Source of the DNA: a virus
Taxonomy: Duplodnaviria > Heunggongvirae > Uroviricota > Caudoviricetes
DNA: 24,974 nucleotides
Virus record (IMG/VR): IMGVR_UViG_2778261162_000009
Reading direction: 5' to 3' (one strand)
In this document: piece by piece, positions 13,830 to 23,678 of the stretch
Position numbering within the stretch: position 1 is the first letter of the stretch
Layout: each line of letters begins with the position of its first letter
Notes under the pieces: generated by a model
The model's database searches: none
What the model saw: the letters and a program-made list of their open reading frames with translations, nothing else
Told to the model about the DNA's origin: nothing
Translations under genes and position numbers: made by a program

Positions 13830-15580
13830 CAGAACTCCATAACCGTGAAACGCTCGTTTTCTCCTTCGCCGCCAATCGGTTCGTTAATGACAGCAAGCAT
13901 GGTTGCCCACGCAAGGTCGCCGTGGCTGATCCCCCTCGCGCGGTCCGTTTCGTAAGTGATAAAGCCGCCCGGTGTTTTCACCTTACGCACGGCGTTAAAG
14001 GCCGCGACCAGCTCACGTTCGGCGCGATCGTATTCCCACCGCCCGGCACGCATTATTTGCAGCATTTTCAGTACCAGCGACCGTTTTGATGACAGCGTGA
14101 AGGTGTACGGAATAGCAGCAGGGAAAAACCGTTTCACTATCTGATAAACAGCCTCCCCGTTCCCGCCCGTCACATCAATGCCGATGTGTTCCACGTTGTA
14201 GCGACACGTGAACTCTTCAATGACTCTGGCCTGTTCTTCAAACTCCAGCCCCTGAACGCGTCGCGTCTCCACCGTTCGAAAACGGCCACCAGGAACAGCC
14301 GGAGGAACCACCACAGACACAGCGCCGCTGTCGCCGTTACCACTGCTGCCGTTTGCGTCATACCCAATCCATACCGGACGATTCCCCATCGGGCGGGGAG
14401 CAAAAGGTTTCCAGTCTTTCCAGTCGTCGTATCCGTCAACACCGCAGCCAATCAGGATATTCAGGTTAAATGCCGATTCCCCTTCGCGGACAAACTCACA
14501 CATATAGAGATTGAGGAACTCGTCTTCGGTGTTTTCATCACGAATTTCGTCGATATCGGTGTGTTTCCAGCCGTGATTAACCACATCTTCCAGCGTGACA
14601 ATCTGCCGCCACGTCCGGTCAGGGCAGATAAGCCCGTTATGCAGCGTTTTCCAGTCCACAGAAAAACGCTGGCGTTTATGCGAGGCCTTTTTCTCGTTCC
14701 AGCGGTCGCCGTTCCAGTAAGCGTATGCCTCGTGCGTTTCGGTGGATGGCGTGGAGAAGTAGGTGCGCCGCAGTCCGCTGAGGGTTGCCATAGCGCCAGC
14801 CACCTTGCGCAGTTCAGCAAAGCGACTGACCCAGAAAAATTCATCAAAATAAAAATTGCCCGTATAGGACTGTGCCGACGCAGCAGAAGTGCCGAGAAAA
14901 TGCAGCTCTGCGCCGTTGGAGAGGATGATTTTATCGCCCCCTTTCAGCTCCACATCAACTTCAGCCGCGGCCTTCTGAATAATGCTTTTAAACTGGAACG
15001 CCTGACGACGCGACGCAGACAAAAAAATCTGGTTACGCTGGTAAGGCTGCGCCACATCGTCACGCAGCGCCATCAGCAGTGCTTCCTGCGCAAAATACCA
15101 TGTCGCCCCAATCTGTCGGGATTTCAGGATCATCCTGTTACGTATCCCGGCTTCCCTGCAAAGGGTCAGGGAGTCAAACCAGCCCCGCTGATGCCACTCC
15201 AGCCTGCTGATGATTTTTTCCCGCAGTGCGGCAATCTGTTCCGGCGTGAAATGATTTTTGAGTTTTTTCGCCCGACCTTTCTTTCCTGCGGCCATCACAT
15301 CCGGCTGGCCATCATGCAGCTTTTTAAGCTGCCGGGTCAGCAGGTCTATTTCCTTAAAGTCACCGCCTGTTTTATTCTGTTTTTCAGTAAGCTGGATGAG
15401 GCGCGCATCGATGGACTGCGTGACACGCTGCACAGGTGGCGTTTCATCCCACTGGTCGCGTTTTTTCCACGCATAAATCGTGTTCGGGTTTATTCCCATC
15501 AGACGTGATATTTCTGCGGGCGGATAACCCTGCCAGTAAAGTTGCCGCGCACGCTGGCGCACAAAAGCGTCCTGAATCAT
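13829..15580 (-). CDS. P: Terminase large (ATPase) subunit, P2 gpP-like, 583 aa
   Basis: Size and synteny; N-terminal MIQDAFVRQRARQLYWQGY… typical of gpP family. Confidence 0.88.
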   Translation of the reverse strand: MIQDAFVRQRARQLYWQGYPPAEISRLMGINPNTIYAWKKRDQWDETPPVQRVTQSIDARLIQLTEKQNKTGGDFKEIDLLTRQLKKLHDGQPDVMAAGKKGRAKKLKNHFTPEQIAALREKIISRLEWHQRGWFDSLTLCREAGIRNRMILKSRQIGATWYFAQEALLMALRDDVAQPYQRNQIFLSASRRQAFQFKSIIQKAAAEVDVELKGGDKIILSNGAELHFLGTSAASAQSYTGNFYFDEFFWVSRFAELRKVAGAMATLSGLRRTYFSTPSTETHEAYAYWNGDRWNEKKASHKRQRFSVDWKTLHNGLICPDRTWRQIVTLEDVVNHGWKHTDIDEIRDENTEDEFLNLYMCEFVREGESAFNLNILIGCGVDGYDDWKDWKPFAPRPMGNRPVWIGYDANGSSGNGDSGAVSVVVPPAVPGGRFRTVETRRVQGLEFEEQARVIEEFTCRYNVEHIGIDVTGGNGEAVYQIVKRFFPAAIPYTFTLSSKRSLVLKMLQIMRAGRWEYDRAERELVAAFNAVRKVKTPGGFITYETDRARGISHGDLAWATMLAVINEPIGGEGENERFTVMEF

Positions 15581-15734
15581 TGCTCCCCCTGAGTAATTAC
15601 AGGAAGATTACCCGCGCGCGAAACCGTTCTCCTTAACCCCCTGTTCTGGCCGTTTTCTTACAACAAAAGCCCTTTGTATCAGCCTGTTACGCTTTGCCAT
15701 CATGACTGAAGAACCAGTCAGAGGGGCAAAAACT
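15581..15734. promoter_or_regulatory. Divergent late promoter region between P and O operons; contains dyad TACAA-N10-TTGTA (15659-15678)
   Basis: Intergenic position equals P2 late promoters; dyad seen directly; activator site not matched to a consensus. Confidence 0.4.
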
Positions 15735-16571
15735 ATGGCTAATGAAAAAAAGACATCCCGCAAAAAGTTTCGCGTGGCTGTCTCCGGATCAACTGTTGAT
15801 GGCCGTGAAATCAGTCCGGTGCATCTGCGTGAAGCCGCCGAGAACTTCAACCCGGATGTTTACGCTGCCCGCGTGAACGTTGAGCACTATCTCTCGCCAT
15901 GCCCGTCAAGCGAATTTTCCGCAATGGGCGATGTCACCGCACTGAGTACGGAAGACATTACGGAAGGTCCGCTGGCCGGACGTACTGCGCTGTATGCAGA
16001 AATCGAACCGACCGAGCGCATGAAGCAGCTTGTCGCGGACGGCAAGAAAATCTATTCCAGTATCGAACTGCACCCGCAGTTCTCCGTTAACGGGCGCGCC
16101 TATCTGGTCGGGCTGGCGATGACCGACACCCCGGCAAGCCTGGGCACTGAGCGCCTGAAATTCACGGCACAGCAACGTCAGGCGGTGATGACGTTCAACA
16201 GTATCCAGGGTGAAGCGCCGCTTATCTCCGAAGCCATCGAGTCTGAAATCATCGAAATGGCAGAACAACGCCAGGAAGAAGGCACCCAGTGGTTTAACCG
16301 CGTAATGGGGATTATTGGTCGTGGCCGCAAAGCGGATGACGCCAGTTTCTCCCGTATTCAGGAAGCGGTGGAAGGCATCGCAACGTCACAGGCCGACATT
16401 ATCGACCGTTTTAATATGCTGGAAACCCGCCATCAGCAGGACCGCCAGAAAATCACGTCACTGACCACAGAGCTGACAGCACTGAAGGAAAAACTGCGCA
16501 CGCAGGACGGCGATCCGCAGAACCGGTTCACCGCAACGGGCGCAGCCTCCGACCAGCTGGCTGACTTCTGA
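15735..16571 (+). CDS. O: Capsid scaffold protein, P2 gpO-like
   Basis: FRVAVSGSTVDGREISPVHLREAAENFNP resembles gpO N-terminus; start ATG 15735 preferred (GAGGGG SD) over 15702. Confidence 0.82.
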   Translation: MANEKKTSRKKFRVAVSGSTVDGREISPVHLREAAENFNPDVYAARVNVEHYLSPCPSSEFSAMGDVTALSTEDITEGPLAGRTALYAEIEPTERMKQLVADGKKIYSSIELHPQFSVNGRAYLVGLAMTDTPASLGTERLKFTAQQRQAVMTFNSIQGEAPLISEAIESEIIEMAEQRQEEGTQWFNRVMGIIGRGRKADDASFSRIQEAVEGIATSQADIIDRFNMLETRHQQDRQKITSLTTELTALKEKLRTQDGDPQNRFTATGAASDQLADF

Positions 16572-16594
16572 TAAGACAAAGGAGCAAATTTTTT

Positions 16595-17647
16595 ATGAAT
16601 CTGGTGATGTCAGATATTACCCGCAACAAGCTGGGTTGCTATATGGCGCAGCAGGCGTCGCTTAACAATATCCCGGTATCTGCACTGGTATCGCGATTTA
16701 CCGTGGAACCCGCGGTGCAGCAGCGTTTTGAAAACGCCTCAAAGGACAGTACAGAATTAACGAAAAGAATTAACGTGATCGGCGTGACCGACCAGAAAGG
16801 CGAAAAAATCCTCCTGGATACCACAGGACCGATTGCGCGCACGAATACCAGTTATGACGGCACAAAACGCCGTAACCCGAATAACGTGGTTGATCTGAAA
16901 AACCGCAAATACCAGTGCGAACAGGTGAACTACGACACGTTTATTTCGTATCCGCAGCTTGATGCCTGGTCGGCACACCCTGATTTTCAGTCCCGCATCA
17001 GCGCACAGATTGCCCGACAGGTGGCGCTTGACCGCATCATGATCGGTTTCAACGGCACGTCTCACGCAGATGAGTCCGACTTCAGCACTAACAAACTGCT
17101 TCAGGACGTTAACGTGGGATGGCTGGAGCACATCAGAACCGACGCCAGCGAGCGCGTAATGAATGACGTGACGCTGACCTCCCGCAACATGGACAACACC
17201 GTGGCGCACGCGGGTAAGTATGCGAACCCTGATGCACTGGTACAGGACGCGCGCTCATCCCTGCTGGATGAATGGCACAAGGAAGCTGACGACCTCGTGG
17301 TGATTATGGGGCGCAACCTGTTTAACTCGCTGCGTCTGCCCGTGCTGAACAGCATCAGCGGCCAGAATCCCAATGCGGAATTACTTGCCGGGCAGCTCAT
17401 CCTGTCATCGCGCACCATTGGCGGGCTGGGCGTGTTCCTTGCGCCGTTCTTCCCGGATGCAACGATGCTGATCACCTCGTTCAACAACCTGTCGATTTAC
17501 TGGCAGAAAGGTTCAATGCGTCGCCTGATGAAAGACGAACCAGAATACAACCGCATCGCCACCTACCAGTCCATCAATGACGCTTATGTCGTTGAAGACT
17601 ATGGCAAGTGCGCGATGGTCACTGGCCTGAAGTTCGCCGACAGCTAA
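16595..17647 (+). CDS. N: Major capsid protein, P2 gpN-like, 350 aa
   Basis: Extensive resemblance to P2 gpN (FTVEP…GEKI…YQCEQ…IMIGFNG…VGWL…YVVEDY). Confidence 0.9.
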   Translation: MNLVMSDITRNKLGCYMAQQASLNNIPVSALVSRFTVEPAVQQRFENASKDSTELTKRINVIGVTDQKGEKILLDTTGPIARTNTSYDGTKRRNPNNVVDLKNRKYQCEQVNYDTFISYPQLDAWSAHPDFQSRISAQIARQVALDRIMIGFNGTSHADESDFSTNKLLQDVNVGWLEHIRTDASERVMNDVTLTSRNMDNTVAHAGKYANPDALVQDARSSLLDEWHKEADDLVVIMGRNLFNSLRLPVLNSISGQNPNAELLAGQLILSSRTIGGLGVFLAPFFPDATMLITSFNNLSIYWQKGSMRRLMKDEPEYNRIATYQSINDAYVVEDYGKCAMVTGLKFADS

Positions 17648-17692
17648 TCAACTCACGGCGGGCATCATGCCCGCCTGTAACGGAGAGAAAAA

Positions 17693-18493
17693 ATGATTAC
17701 TCCTGCACAACAACACTGGCAGAACGTGATGGCACAGCGCGCAGGCCGGGCGAATGAAGGCGTGGACCACGCCGCGCGTACCGCGCATGAAGAGGTGCTG
17801 TATCGTCTGCGTCTGGCACAGGCCCGGCTTAAGGGCGTACAGGCCAGAAGCGCGAAAGCCGCCATCAAAAAAGAGTTGTTGCCGGACTTTTCCGGCTGGA
17901 TTGAGGGAACGCTGGAGGCTGACGGCGGGCAGCAGGATGAAGTGATTGCCACGCTGATGGTGTGGGCGATTGACTGCGGCGATCTTCCGCTCGCGTTGCG
18001 TATTGGTGCGTATGTGGTCCGTCATAACCTCATTATGCCGGATAACTTTGGCCGTACTGCTGCCACGGTACTGACCGAAGAAATCTGCAACCCGGTACTG
18101 ACGCAGGCCGGGACGGATGCCGACGCGGATTTGTCCGCCTTTATCGAACCACTGGATACCCTCCGGGAGATTGTCACCGACCAGGACATGCCGGACGAAG
18201 TGCGCGCCAAATTATGCAAGGCGTGCGCCTTTGCCCGTCGTGGTCTGACCGATGCAGACAACATGGCCCTGTCACTGAAGCTGCTGCGCGAAGCAATGCA
18301 CCTGAACCCGAACGCAGGTGTGAAACGCGAGATTGCAACCCTTTCCCGCGCCCTGAAAAAAGCCGATTCTGCAACCGCACCAGAAGACGCCAGCACACCG
18401 CAGGCGCAGGACGAAAGCAGCAAAAGTAAAAAGACAACGCGGAAGCCTGCAACACGAAAAACCACCGCGACGCAGAAGGCGAAGCGCGGTTAA
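17693..18493 (+). CDS. M: Terminase small/endonuclease subunit, P2 gpM-like, 266 aa
   Basis: Synteny after N, size, GGAGAG SD. Confidence 0.8.
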   Translation: MITPAQQHWQNVMAQRAGRANEGVDHAARTAHEEVLYRLRLAQARLKGVQARSAKAAIKKELLPDFSGWIEGTLEADGGQQDEVIATLMVWAIDCGDLPLALRIGAYVVRHNLIMPDNFGRTAATVLTEEICNPVLTQAGTDADADLSAFIEPLDTLREIVTDQDMPDEVRAKLCKACAFARRGLTDADNMALSLKLLREAMHLNPNAGVKREIATLSRALKKADSATAPEDASTPQAQDESSKSKKTTRKPATRKTTATQKAKRG

Positions 18494-18594
18494 CGACTGA
18501 CCCCGTCAGCGGGCGGCGTGCGCGGTGTTCCGGTTTGACTCCGTGACCGTTTACACCGTGCACCCACCGCCCGATTTTTTCAGGAGTGAACCCC

Positions 18595-19089
18595 ATGAGT
18601 ATGGTTGCCAGAACCAACCCCGGACCCGCAGAGGACGACATCACCGATACCGATGATGGTGATACCCGTATTTCAGCGGGTGCATTCTGGCCGGATATTG
18701 TGCTGCGTGAGCTGCGTCTGGCGATACGACTGCCGGGCCGTGTGACCACCTCCCGCCTGCTGCATACCGCCACCGGGGCCGTGGCACACGTTACCCGCGA
18801 GCTGGAAGCGTGGCAGCAGGAACAGCAGGCGGCTGGCCATCAGACGCTGGCCGATGTTCCGGCCCCCGTAATTAACGGAGAAAGCGTCAATCTCTGGCAC
18901 TGGCGCAATGCTGTTTATACCGCCACACGCGCCCTGATTCTGGAGCGTTACCGCGATGCGGACACAACGGATAAGGGCGACCGCCGGGCGGACGCCCTGG
19001 ATATACAGACATCGGATTTGTGGCGCGATGTGAGCTGGGCCATCTCTGACATTCTGCGCCGCCCGCGAATTTTTGCGGAGCTGTGCTGA
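18595..19089 (+). CDS. L: Head completion/stabilisation protein, P2 gpL-like
   Basis: Synteny and size; ATG 18595 with AGGAGTG SD. Confidence 0.8.
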   Translation: MSMVARTNPGPAEDDITDTDDGDTRISAGAFWPDIVLRELRLAIRLPGRVTTSRLLHTATGAVAHVTRELEAWQQEQQAAGHQTLADVPAPVINGESVNLWHWRNAVYTATRALILERYRDADTTDKGDRRADALDIQTSDLWRDVSWAISDILRRPRIFAELC

Positions 19090-19289
19090 TGAAAGTGAAG
19101 GCACTGGAAGGCGACACCGTGGATTCGCTCTGTTTCCGGTACTACGGCACGACGCAGGGCGTCACCGAAAAGGTGCTGGATGCCAACCCCGGACTCTGTC
19201 AGCAGGTATTTCTGGACGCCGGGCAGGACGTGGAGATGCCGGAGCCGGAGAAGAAGAAACGAGAAATGATTCAGTTGTGGGGGGAGTAG
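19089..19289 (+). CDS. X: Tail protein X (LysM-like), 66 aa
   Basis: MKVKALEGDTVDSLCFRYYGTTQGVTEKVLDANPGL matches P2 gpX closely. Confidence 0.85.
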   Translation: MKVKALEGDTVDSLCFRYYGTTQGVTEKVLDANPGLCQQVFLDAGQDVEMPEPEKKKREMIQLWGE

Positions 19290-19291
19290 TA

Positions 19292-19615
19292 GTGAGCACC
19301 ATTCAAACAGGGATCACAGAGCAGGTTATTGCGTGGCTCTTTGACCACCTGCCAACGGTGTATGCAGCAGGCGCGGCGGTCAGCATTTCCGCGCTGATGA
19401 GTCTTTATGACGGACGAACGCTGGTTCAGACCGTAACGGGATCGCTGGCGTGCGGCGTTCTTGCCATGGCCGTGGCCGGGTCGTTGCGCTTCTTCGGAGT
19501 TCCTGAAGATGCCGTGACGTTTTTCGGCGCATCTATCGGTTTTATGGGCGCAGAGAAAGCACGCGACAAGATCATTGCCGCCTTTAACCGCATAACCCAA
19601 AAGGGAGATGAATAA
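19292..19615 (+). CDS. Putative holin, about 107 aa, GTG start
   Basis: Three hydrophobic segments; sits between X and endolysin as P2 Y does; GGGGAG SD. Confidence 0.5.
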   Translation: MSTIQTGITEQVIAWLFDHLPTVYAAGAAVSISALMSLYDGRTLVQTVTGSLACGVLAMAVAGSLRFFGVPEDAVTFFGASIGFMGAEKARDKIIAAFNRITQKGDE

Positions 19616-19669
19616 GTTGCAGGCTTAAAGCCGGTAATCACCATAAAAATCATTCACAGAGGTGACGAA

Positions 19670-20215
19670 ATGAAATCGAAAGACGAAATTTTTGATGTCG
19701 TTCTTGGCAAAGAAGGCGGCTACGTCAATCACCCGGATGACAGAGGCGGTCCGACAAAATGGGGCATCACTGAAAAGGTGGCACGGGCACACGGATACCG
19801 TGGCGATATGCGTGATTTAACGCGCGGACAGGCACTGGAAATCCTTGAAGCTGATTACTGGTACGGACCGCGTTTTGATCAGATAGCGAAGCTGTCCCCG
19901 GATATTGCCGCAGAACTGTGTGACACCGGAGTAAATATGGGGCCGTCTGTGGCAACCAGAATGCTTCAGCGCTGGCTGAACGTATTCAATCAGGGCGGGA
20001 AACTGTATCCCGATATGGACACGGACGGACGCACTGGCCCACGCACGATTAACGCATTGCGTGTATATCTGGAAAAACGCGGTCGGGACGGCGAGATGGT
20101 GATGTTAACAGCACTGAACTGTACACAGGGTGAACGCTATCTGGAGCTGGCGGAAAAACGCGAAGCCAACGAGTCGTTTGTCTACGGCTGGATAAAGGAA
20201 CGCGTGGCAGCATGA
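19670..20215 (+). CDS. Endolysin: glycoside hydrolase family 108-type N-terminal domain with peptidoglycan-binding C-terminal domain, 181 aa
   Basis: N-terminal EGGYVNHPDDRGGPTKWGIT motif typical of GH108; AGAGGTGA SD. Confidence 0.75.
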   Translation: MKSKDEIFDVVLGKEGGYVNHPDDRGGPTKWGITEKVARAHGYRGDMRDLTRGQALEILEADYWYGPRFDQIAKLSPDIAAELCDTGVNMGPSVATRMLQRWLNVFNQGGKLYPDMDTDGRTGPRTINALRVYLEKRGRDGEMVMLTALNCTQGERYLELAEKREANESFVYGWIKERVAA

Positions 20216-20620
20216 AGTTATGGACTTCTCTGGGCGTCGCTTTTCTTCTGATTGCCGCATGGGGGAACATCCATGCGTCTGTCGTGGTCGCTGGGCCGGG
20301 AGAACGCCAGAAACGAAGCGCAGGCCAGCACCCTGAAAAGTACCGTCGACACCCTGAATATCATCAGCGCCGGGGTGCAGGATATGCAGCAGGTGCTGGC
20401 ACAACTCCGCGTGGAAAATCAGCAACGCAATCAGGACGGAGAAGCCAGACGTGAACAGCTACGCAACGATATTGCAAAAGATGAATGCGCCCACGCTTTG
20501 CCTGATGCTCGTTTTACTGACAGGCTGCGCAGGCACGCAGAACGCGCCACGGCCAGCGCCGTCAGTCCGGCTTATACCGCAGACGCTGACCATACCGGTA
20601 ACGCCTCCCCCCTTCCCTGA
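20212..20620 (+). CDS. lysB: Rz-like i-spanin (LysB analogue); reading frame interrupted at G5 run 20261-20265
   Basis: TM helix MKLWTSLGVAFLLIAAW in frame 1, coiled-coil periplasmic domain in frame 2; removing one G joins them. Confidence 0.55.
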
Positions 20621-20771
20621 CACTCCCACATGGGGAAATCTCGGTATATGGGGCGACCGCCTTCTGGATGCACTGGAAACCTGTAACGCGGATAAACGGG
20701 CCATTGAATTACTGGAACAGCGCAGACTGCAACGACTGAACAACGAGGACAACAACCATGCTGAAAACTGA
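20481..20771 (+). CDS. lysC: Rz1-like o-spanin lipoprotein (LysC analogue), 96 aa, +1-frame overlap with i-spanin
   Basis: Lipobox LLTGC, Pro-rich mature region; alternative start at 20451. Confidence 0.6.
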   Translation: MNAPTLCLMLVLLTGCAGTQNAPRPAPSVRLIPQTLTIPVTPPPFPDTPTWGNLGIWGDRLLDALETCNADKRAIELLEQRRLQRLNNEDNNHAEN

Positions 20772-21225
20772 TTCCCTGCGTGAAGCCATGACCCGTTCAT
20801 GCCGATGGTGTCAGGCCAACCCGGAAAAATTCACCATTTTCGTGGAGAGCGGCAACATTGAAACGACCGGAGAAACCCCATCGTTTGTTTACCGCTATCA
20901 GATGGTGATGTTTGTCATGGATTACGCCGGGGAGCTGGACGACCTCACGCTGCCGCTGCTGGCGTGGTTATCCGAAAATCAGCCGCAGTTGTTGCTCAAC
21001 CCTGAGCGTAATCAGGACATCAAATTCTCCGCCGTTATCAATGATGATGACAGCGCCGATCTCCTGTTTACGCTCCCCCTGCGGGAACGCGTTCGCATCA
21101 CGCGCAGCAGTCAGCGCACACCGCAGGCAGAACACCTGCCGGAGCCAAAACCCCGCCTGCCATCTTCCGAAGGCGACTGGTCGCATGTATTCCAGGATGT
21201 GACGCGGGGTGAAAGCGATGGATAA
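20758..21225 (+). CDS. R: Tail completion protein, P2 gpR-like, 155 aa
   Basis: Size identical to P2 gpR, synteny. Confidence 0.82.
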   Translation: MLKTDSLREAMTRSCRWCQANPEKFTIFVESGNIETTGETPSFVYRYQMVMFVMDYAGELDDLTLPLLAWLSENQPQLLLNPERNQDIKFSAVINDDDSADLLFTLPLRERVRITRSSQRTPQAEHLPEPKPRLPSSEGDWSHVFQDVTRGESDG

Positions 21226-21853
21226 GGCATTCACTGAACTGGATCGCAGGACACAAGTCATCATCAAATGGGCGTCTCCTGACTCACAGGCCAGGATCGC
21301 AAAGCATCTTGCAAAGGAATTGCGTCGCGCCCAGCAGGCGCGCATCCGGTCACAGAAAGCGCCGGACGGGACCGCATGGACACCACGTAAACGCCGCGTA
21401 ACCCGGATACAGGAACGCATTCGCTTTATCCGGGATAACGAAGTGCGCACGCTGAAAAACTGGCATCACGACACGGGGAAATACGGGCGAACCATCACTG
21501 GCTGGGATGAAGACAAAGGCGGGATCCGCACGTTTTACCGGGCTGATATTCTCCGCTTTCTGGAAATACGCACCCGGCGCATCAACCAGGACAGCACAAA
21601 GCGCGTCCCCATGTTCGTAAAACTGCGCACCGCCCGCTACCTGAAAGCCCGTGCAGATGCTTCCGGTGTGACGGTGGGTTACAGCGGCGTGGCCGCACGT
21701 ATTGCACGCGTTCATCAGTTCGGTGAGCGCGATCAGGTTGCGCCGGGCATTTTCACCGATTACCCGGTACGTGAGCTGTTGGGTATCAGCCAGGCAGATG
21801 AGCGCCTGATTTATAACACGGTGCTGGGCCGGATTGCGGAGGCTGTACGGTGA
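21218..21853 (+). CDS. S: Tail completion/virion morphogenesis protein, P2 gpS-like
   Basis: Synteny; longer than P2 S (about 150 aa), start could be GTG 21209. Confidence 0.72.
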   Translation: MDKAFTELDRRTQVIIKWASPDSQARIAKHLAKELRRAQQARIRSQKAPDGTAWTPRKRRVTRIQERIRFIRDNEVRTLKNWHHDTGKYGRTITGWDEDKGGIRTFYRADILRFLEIRTRRINQDSTKRVPMFVKLRTARYLKARADASGVTVGYSGVAARIARVHQFGERDQVAPGIFTDYPVRELLGISQADERLIYNTVLGRIAEAVR

Positions 21854-22431
21854 GCGCAGAACTTATGCGACTGCTGAGCAACATCATCCGCACCGGGATC
21901 ATCTCTGAAGTTGATGAGGAGTCCTGGTGCGTGCGCGTTCGCAGCGGCGAACTGGAAACAGGCTGGTTGCGCTGGAACACCACGCGCGCGGGAGCCTTCA
22001 ATGTGTGGCTGCCGCCATCACCCGGCGAACAGGTGGTAATTGCCTGCATTGGCGGCAACCCGGAAACCGCCATGATAATTGGCAGCCTGTGGAGTGATGC
22101 CAATCCGGCACCCGGCAAAAGCCTGAAAGAAATCGTGGTCAGCGCGCCGGATGGCGCAGTGTTTCGCTACGACGCGGACGCAGGCGCACTGAGTGCCAGC
22201 GGCATGAAAACGGCCACTTTGCAGGCATCCGTCAGCGTGAAACTGGACACGCCCGTCGTGGAATGCACAAACCTTCTGAGAACGGCGACGCTTGACGTCA
22301 CAAAAGGAGGAAAGATGAGCGGCAATATCACGCACAGCGGAGGCAACTTCACCTCAAACGGCATTACCGTGCATACGCATAAACACGGTGGCGTGAAAGG
22401 CGGCAGCGATTCGACAGGAGGCCCGCAGTGA
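21850..22431 (+). CDS. V: Baseplate spike/assembly protein, P2 gpV-like
   Basis: NIIRTGII…WLRW…GEQV…THSGG…HTHKH pattern matches gpV. Confidence 0.85.
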   Translation: MSAELMRLLSNIIRTGIISEVDEESWCVRVRSGELETGWLRWNTTRAGAFNVWLPPSPGEQVVIACIGGNPETAMIIGSLWSDANPAPGKSLKEIVVSAPDGAVFRYDADAGALSASGMKTATLQASVSVKLDTPVVECTNLLRTATLDVTKGGKMSGNITHSGGNFTSNGITVHTHKHGGVKGGSDSTGGPQ

Positions 22432-22778
22432 CAACCCGCTACACAGGAATGAACCCGGACGGAACGGGAAACCTGAACGATATGGAGCACCTGAAACAGT
22501 CAGTCAGGGACATCCTGACCACCCCGCTGGCAAGCCGGGTTATGCGACGGGAATATGGCAGCCTTGTGCCTGATTTGATTGACGAACCCATGAATAACAC
22601 CACGCGTCTGCAATGCATGAGCGCTGCCGTGATTGCGCTGACACGATGGGAACCCCGCATTGCCCTGGATGCCATCGACGTTGTCTGGAAAGCGGGAGGC
22701 CGCGCAGGGGTGATGCTGTCGGGCACTGTCATGCAGACCATGCAGAATGTTGAATTAACCATCACGCTGAGAGAGTAA
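22428..22778 (+). CDS. W: Baseplate wedge protein, P2 gpW-like, 116 aa
   Basis: GMNPDGTGN…SVRDILTTP…RVMRREYGS matches gpW. Confidence 0.85.
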   Translation: MTTRYTGMNPDGTGNLNDMEHLKQSVRDILTTPLASRVMRREYGSLVPDLIDEPMNNTTRLQCMSAAVIALTRWEPRIALDAIDVVWKAGGRAGVMLSGTVMQTMQNVELTITLRE

Positions 22779-22781
22779 ATC

Positions 22782-23678
22782 ATGCCTGCTGTTGACCTTT
22801 CCCAGTTACCGGAACCCGCCATCATCGCGGAGCCTGATTTTGAGGCAATTCTGGCTGACACAAAGACCATGATGATTGCGTCCTATCCTGCCGAACAGCG
22901 TGAAGCCGTCTCCGCCGCGCTGGAGCTGGAATCGGAACCACTGAACGTTATCGCTCAAACCATGTCGTTTCGTGAAATGCTGTTACGCCAGCGGGTTAAC
23001 GAGGGCGCACGCGCCTGCATGTTAAGCCACGGTTCAGGGACAAACCTGGACAACCTCGCGGGCAATATGAACACAAAGCGCCTGGTTATCACTCCGGCAA
23101 CGGATACCACCGACGCGGTGATGGAGAGCGACACCTCGCTGAGACTGCGGGCGCAGCGGGCGTACGACGGCCTGAGTGTTGCTGGCCCGTCAGGTGCATA
23201 CGAGTATTTTGCACGCAGCGCCAGCGGTCTGGTGCGTGATGCGCGGGCCATCAGCCCGTCTCCGGCCTGTGTGACGGTTTCCATCCTGTCCACTGAAGGC
23301 GACGGCACAGCAACGGAGGCGTTGCTTAATACCGTTCGCGCCGTTCTGAATGCAGAGGATACCCGCCCGGTGGCCGACCGCCTGACCGTACAGAGCGCCA
23401 GAATCATGACATGGCGGCTGAATGCAAAACTATACTTTTACCCCGGCCCGGAATCCGAACCTATTCTGGCCGCGGCAGAATCGTCATTCAGGAAGTGGCT
23501 GGCTGAACAGGGGCTTATCGGTCAGGACGTGGCGTTGTCCGCCATTGCTGCCGCACTGCATGTGCACGGTGTGCAACGCGTGGAGATAATCGAACCCACA
23601 CAGAATATGGCCATCAGCGACATACAGGCGGCGCGCTGTGAGTCATTCACCATCAGCGAAGGTGGGCGCAATGAGTAA
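22782..23678 (+). CDS. J: Baseplate protein, P2 gpJ-like, 298 aa
   Basis: Size and synteny. Confidence 0.82.
   Translation: MPAVDLSQLPEPAIIAEPDFEAILADTKTMMIASYPAEQREAVSAALELESEPLNVIAQTMSFREMLLRQRVNEGARACMLSHGSGTNLDNLAGNMNTKRLVITPATDTTDAVMESDTSLRLRAQRAYDGLSVAGPSGAYEYFARSASGLVRDARAISPSPACVTVSILSTEGDGTATEALLNTVRAVLNAEDTRPVADRLTVQSARIMTWRLNAKLYFYPGPESEPILAAAESSFRKWLAEQGLIGQDVALSAIAAALHVHGVQRVEIIEPTQNMAISDIQAARCESFTISEGGRNE

Noticed and set aside
14186-15508. 440-aa plus-strand ORF
   Set aside because: Antisense shadow of the terminase large-subunit gene on the minus strand; composition typical of a GC-rich reverse frame.
16757-18773. Several minus-strand ORFs of 95-199 aa
   Set aside because: Antisense to capsid N and terminase M genes, which are strongly supported by homology.
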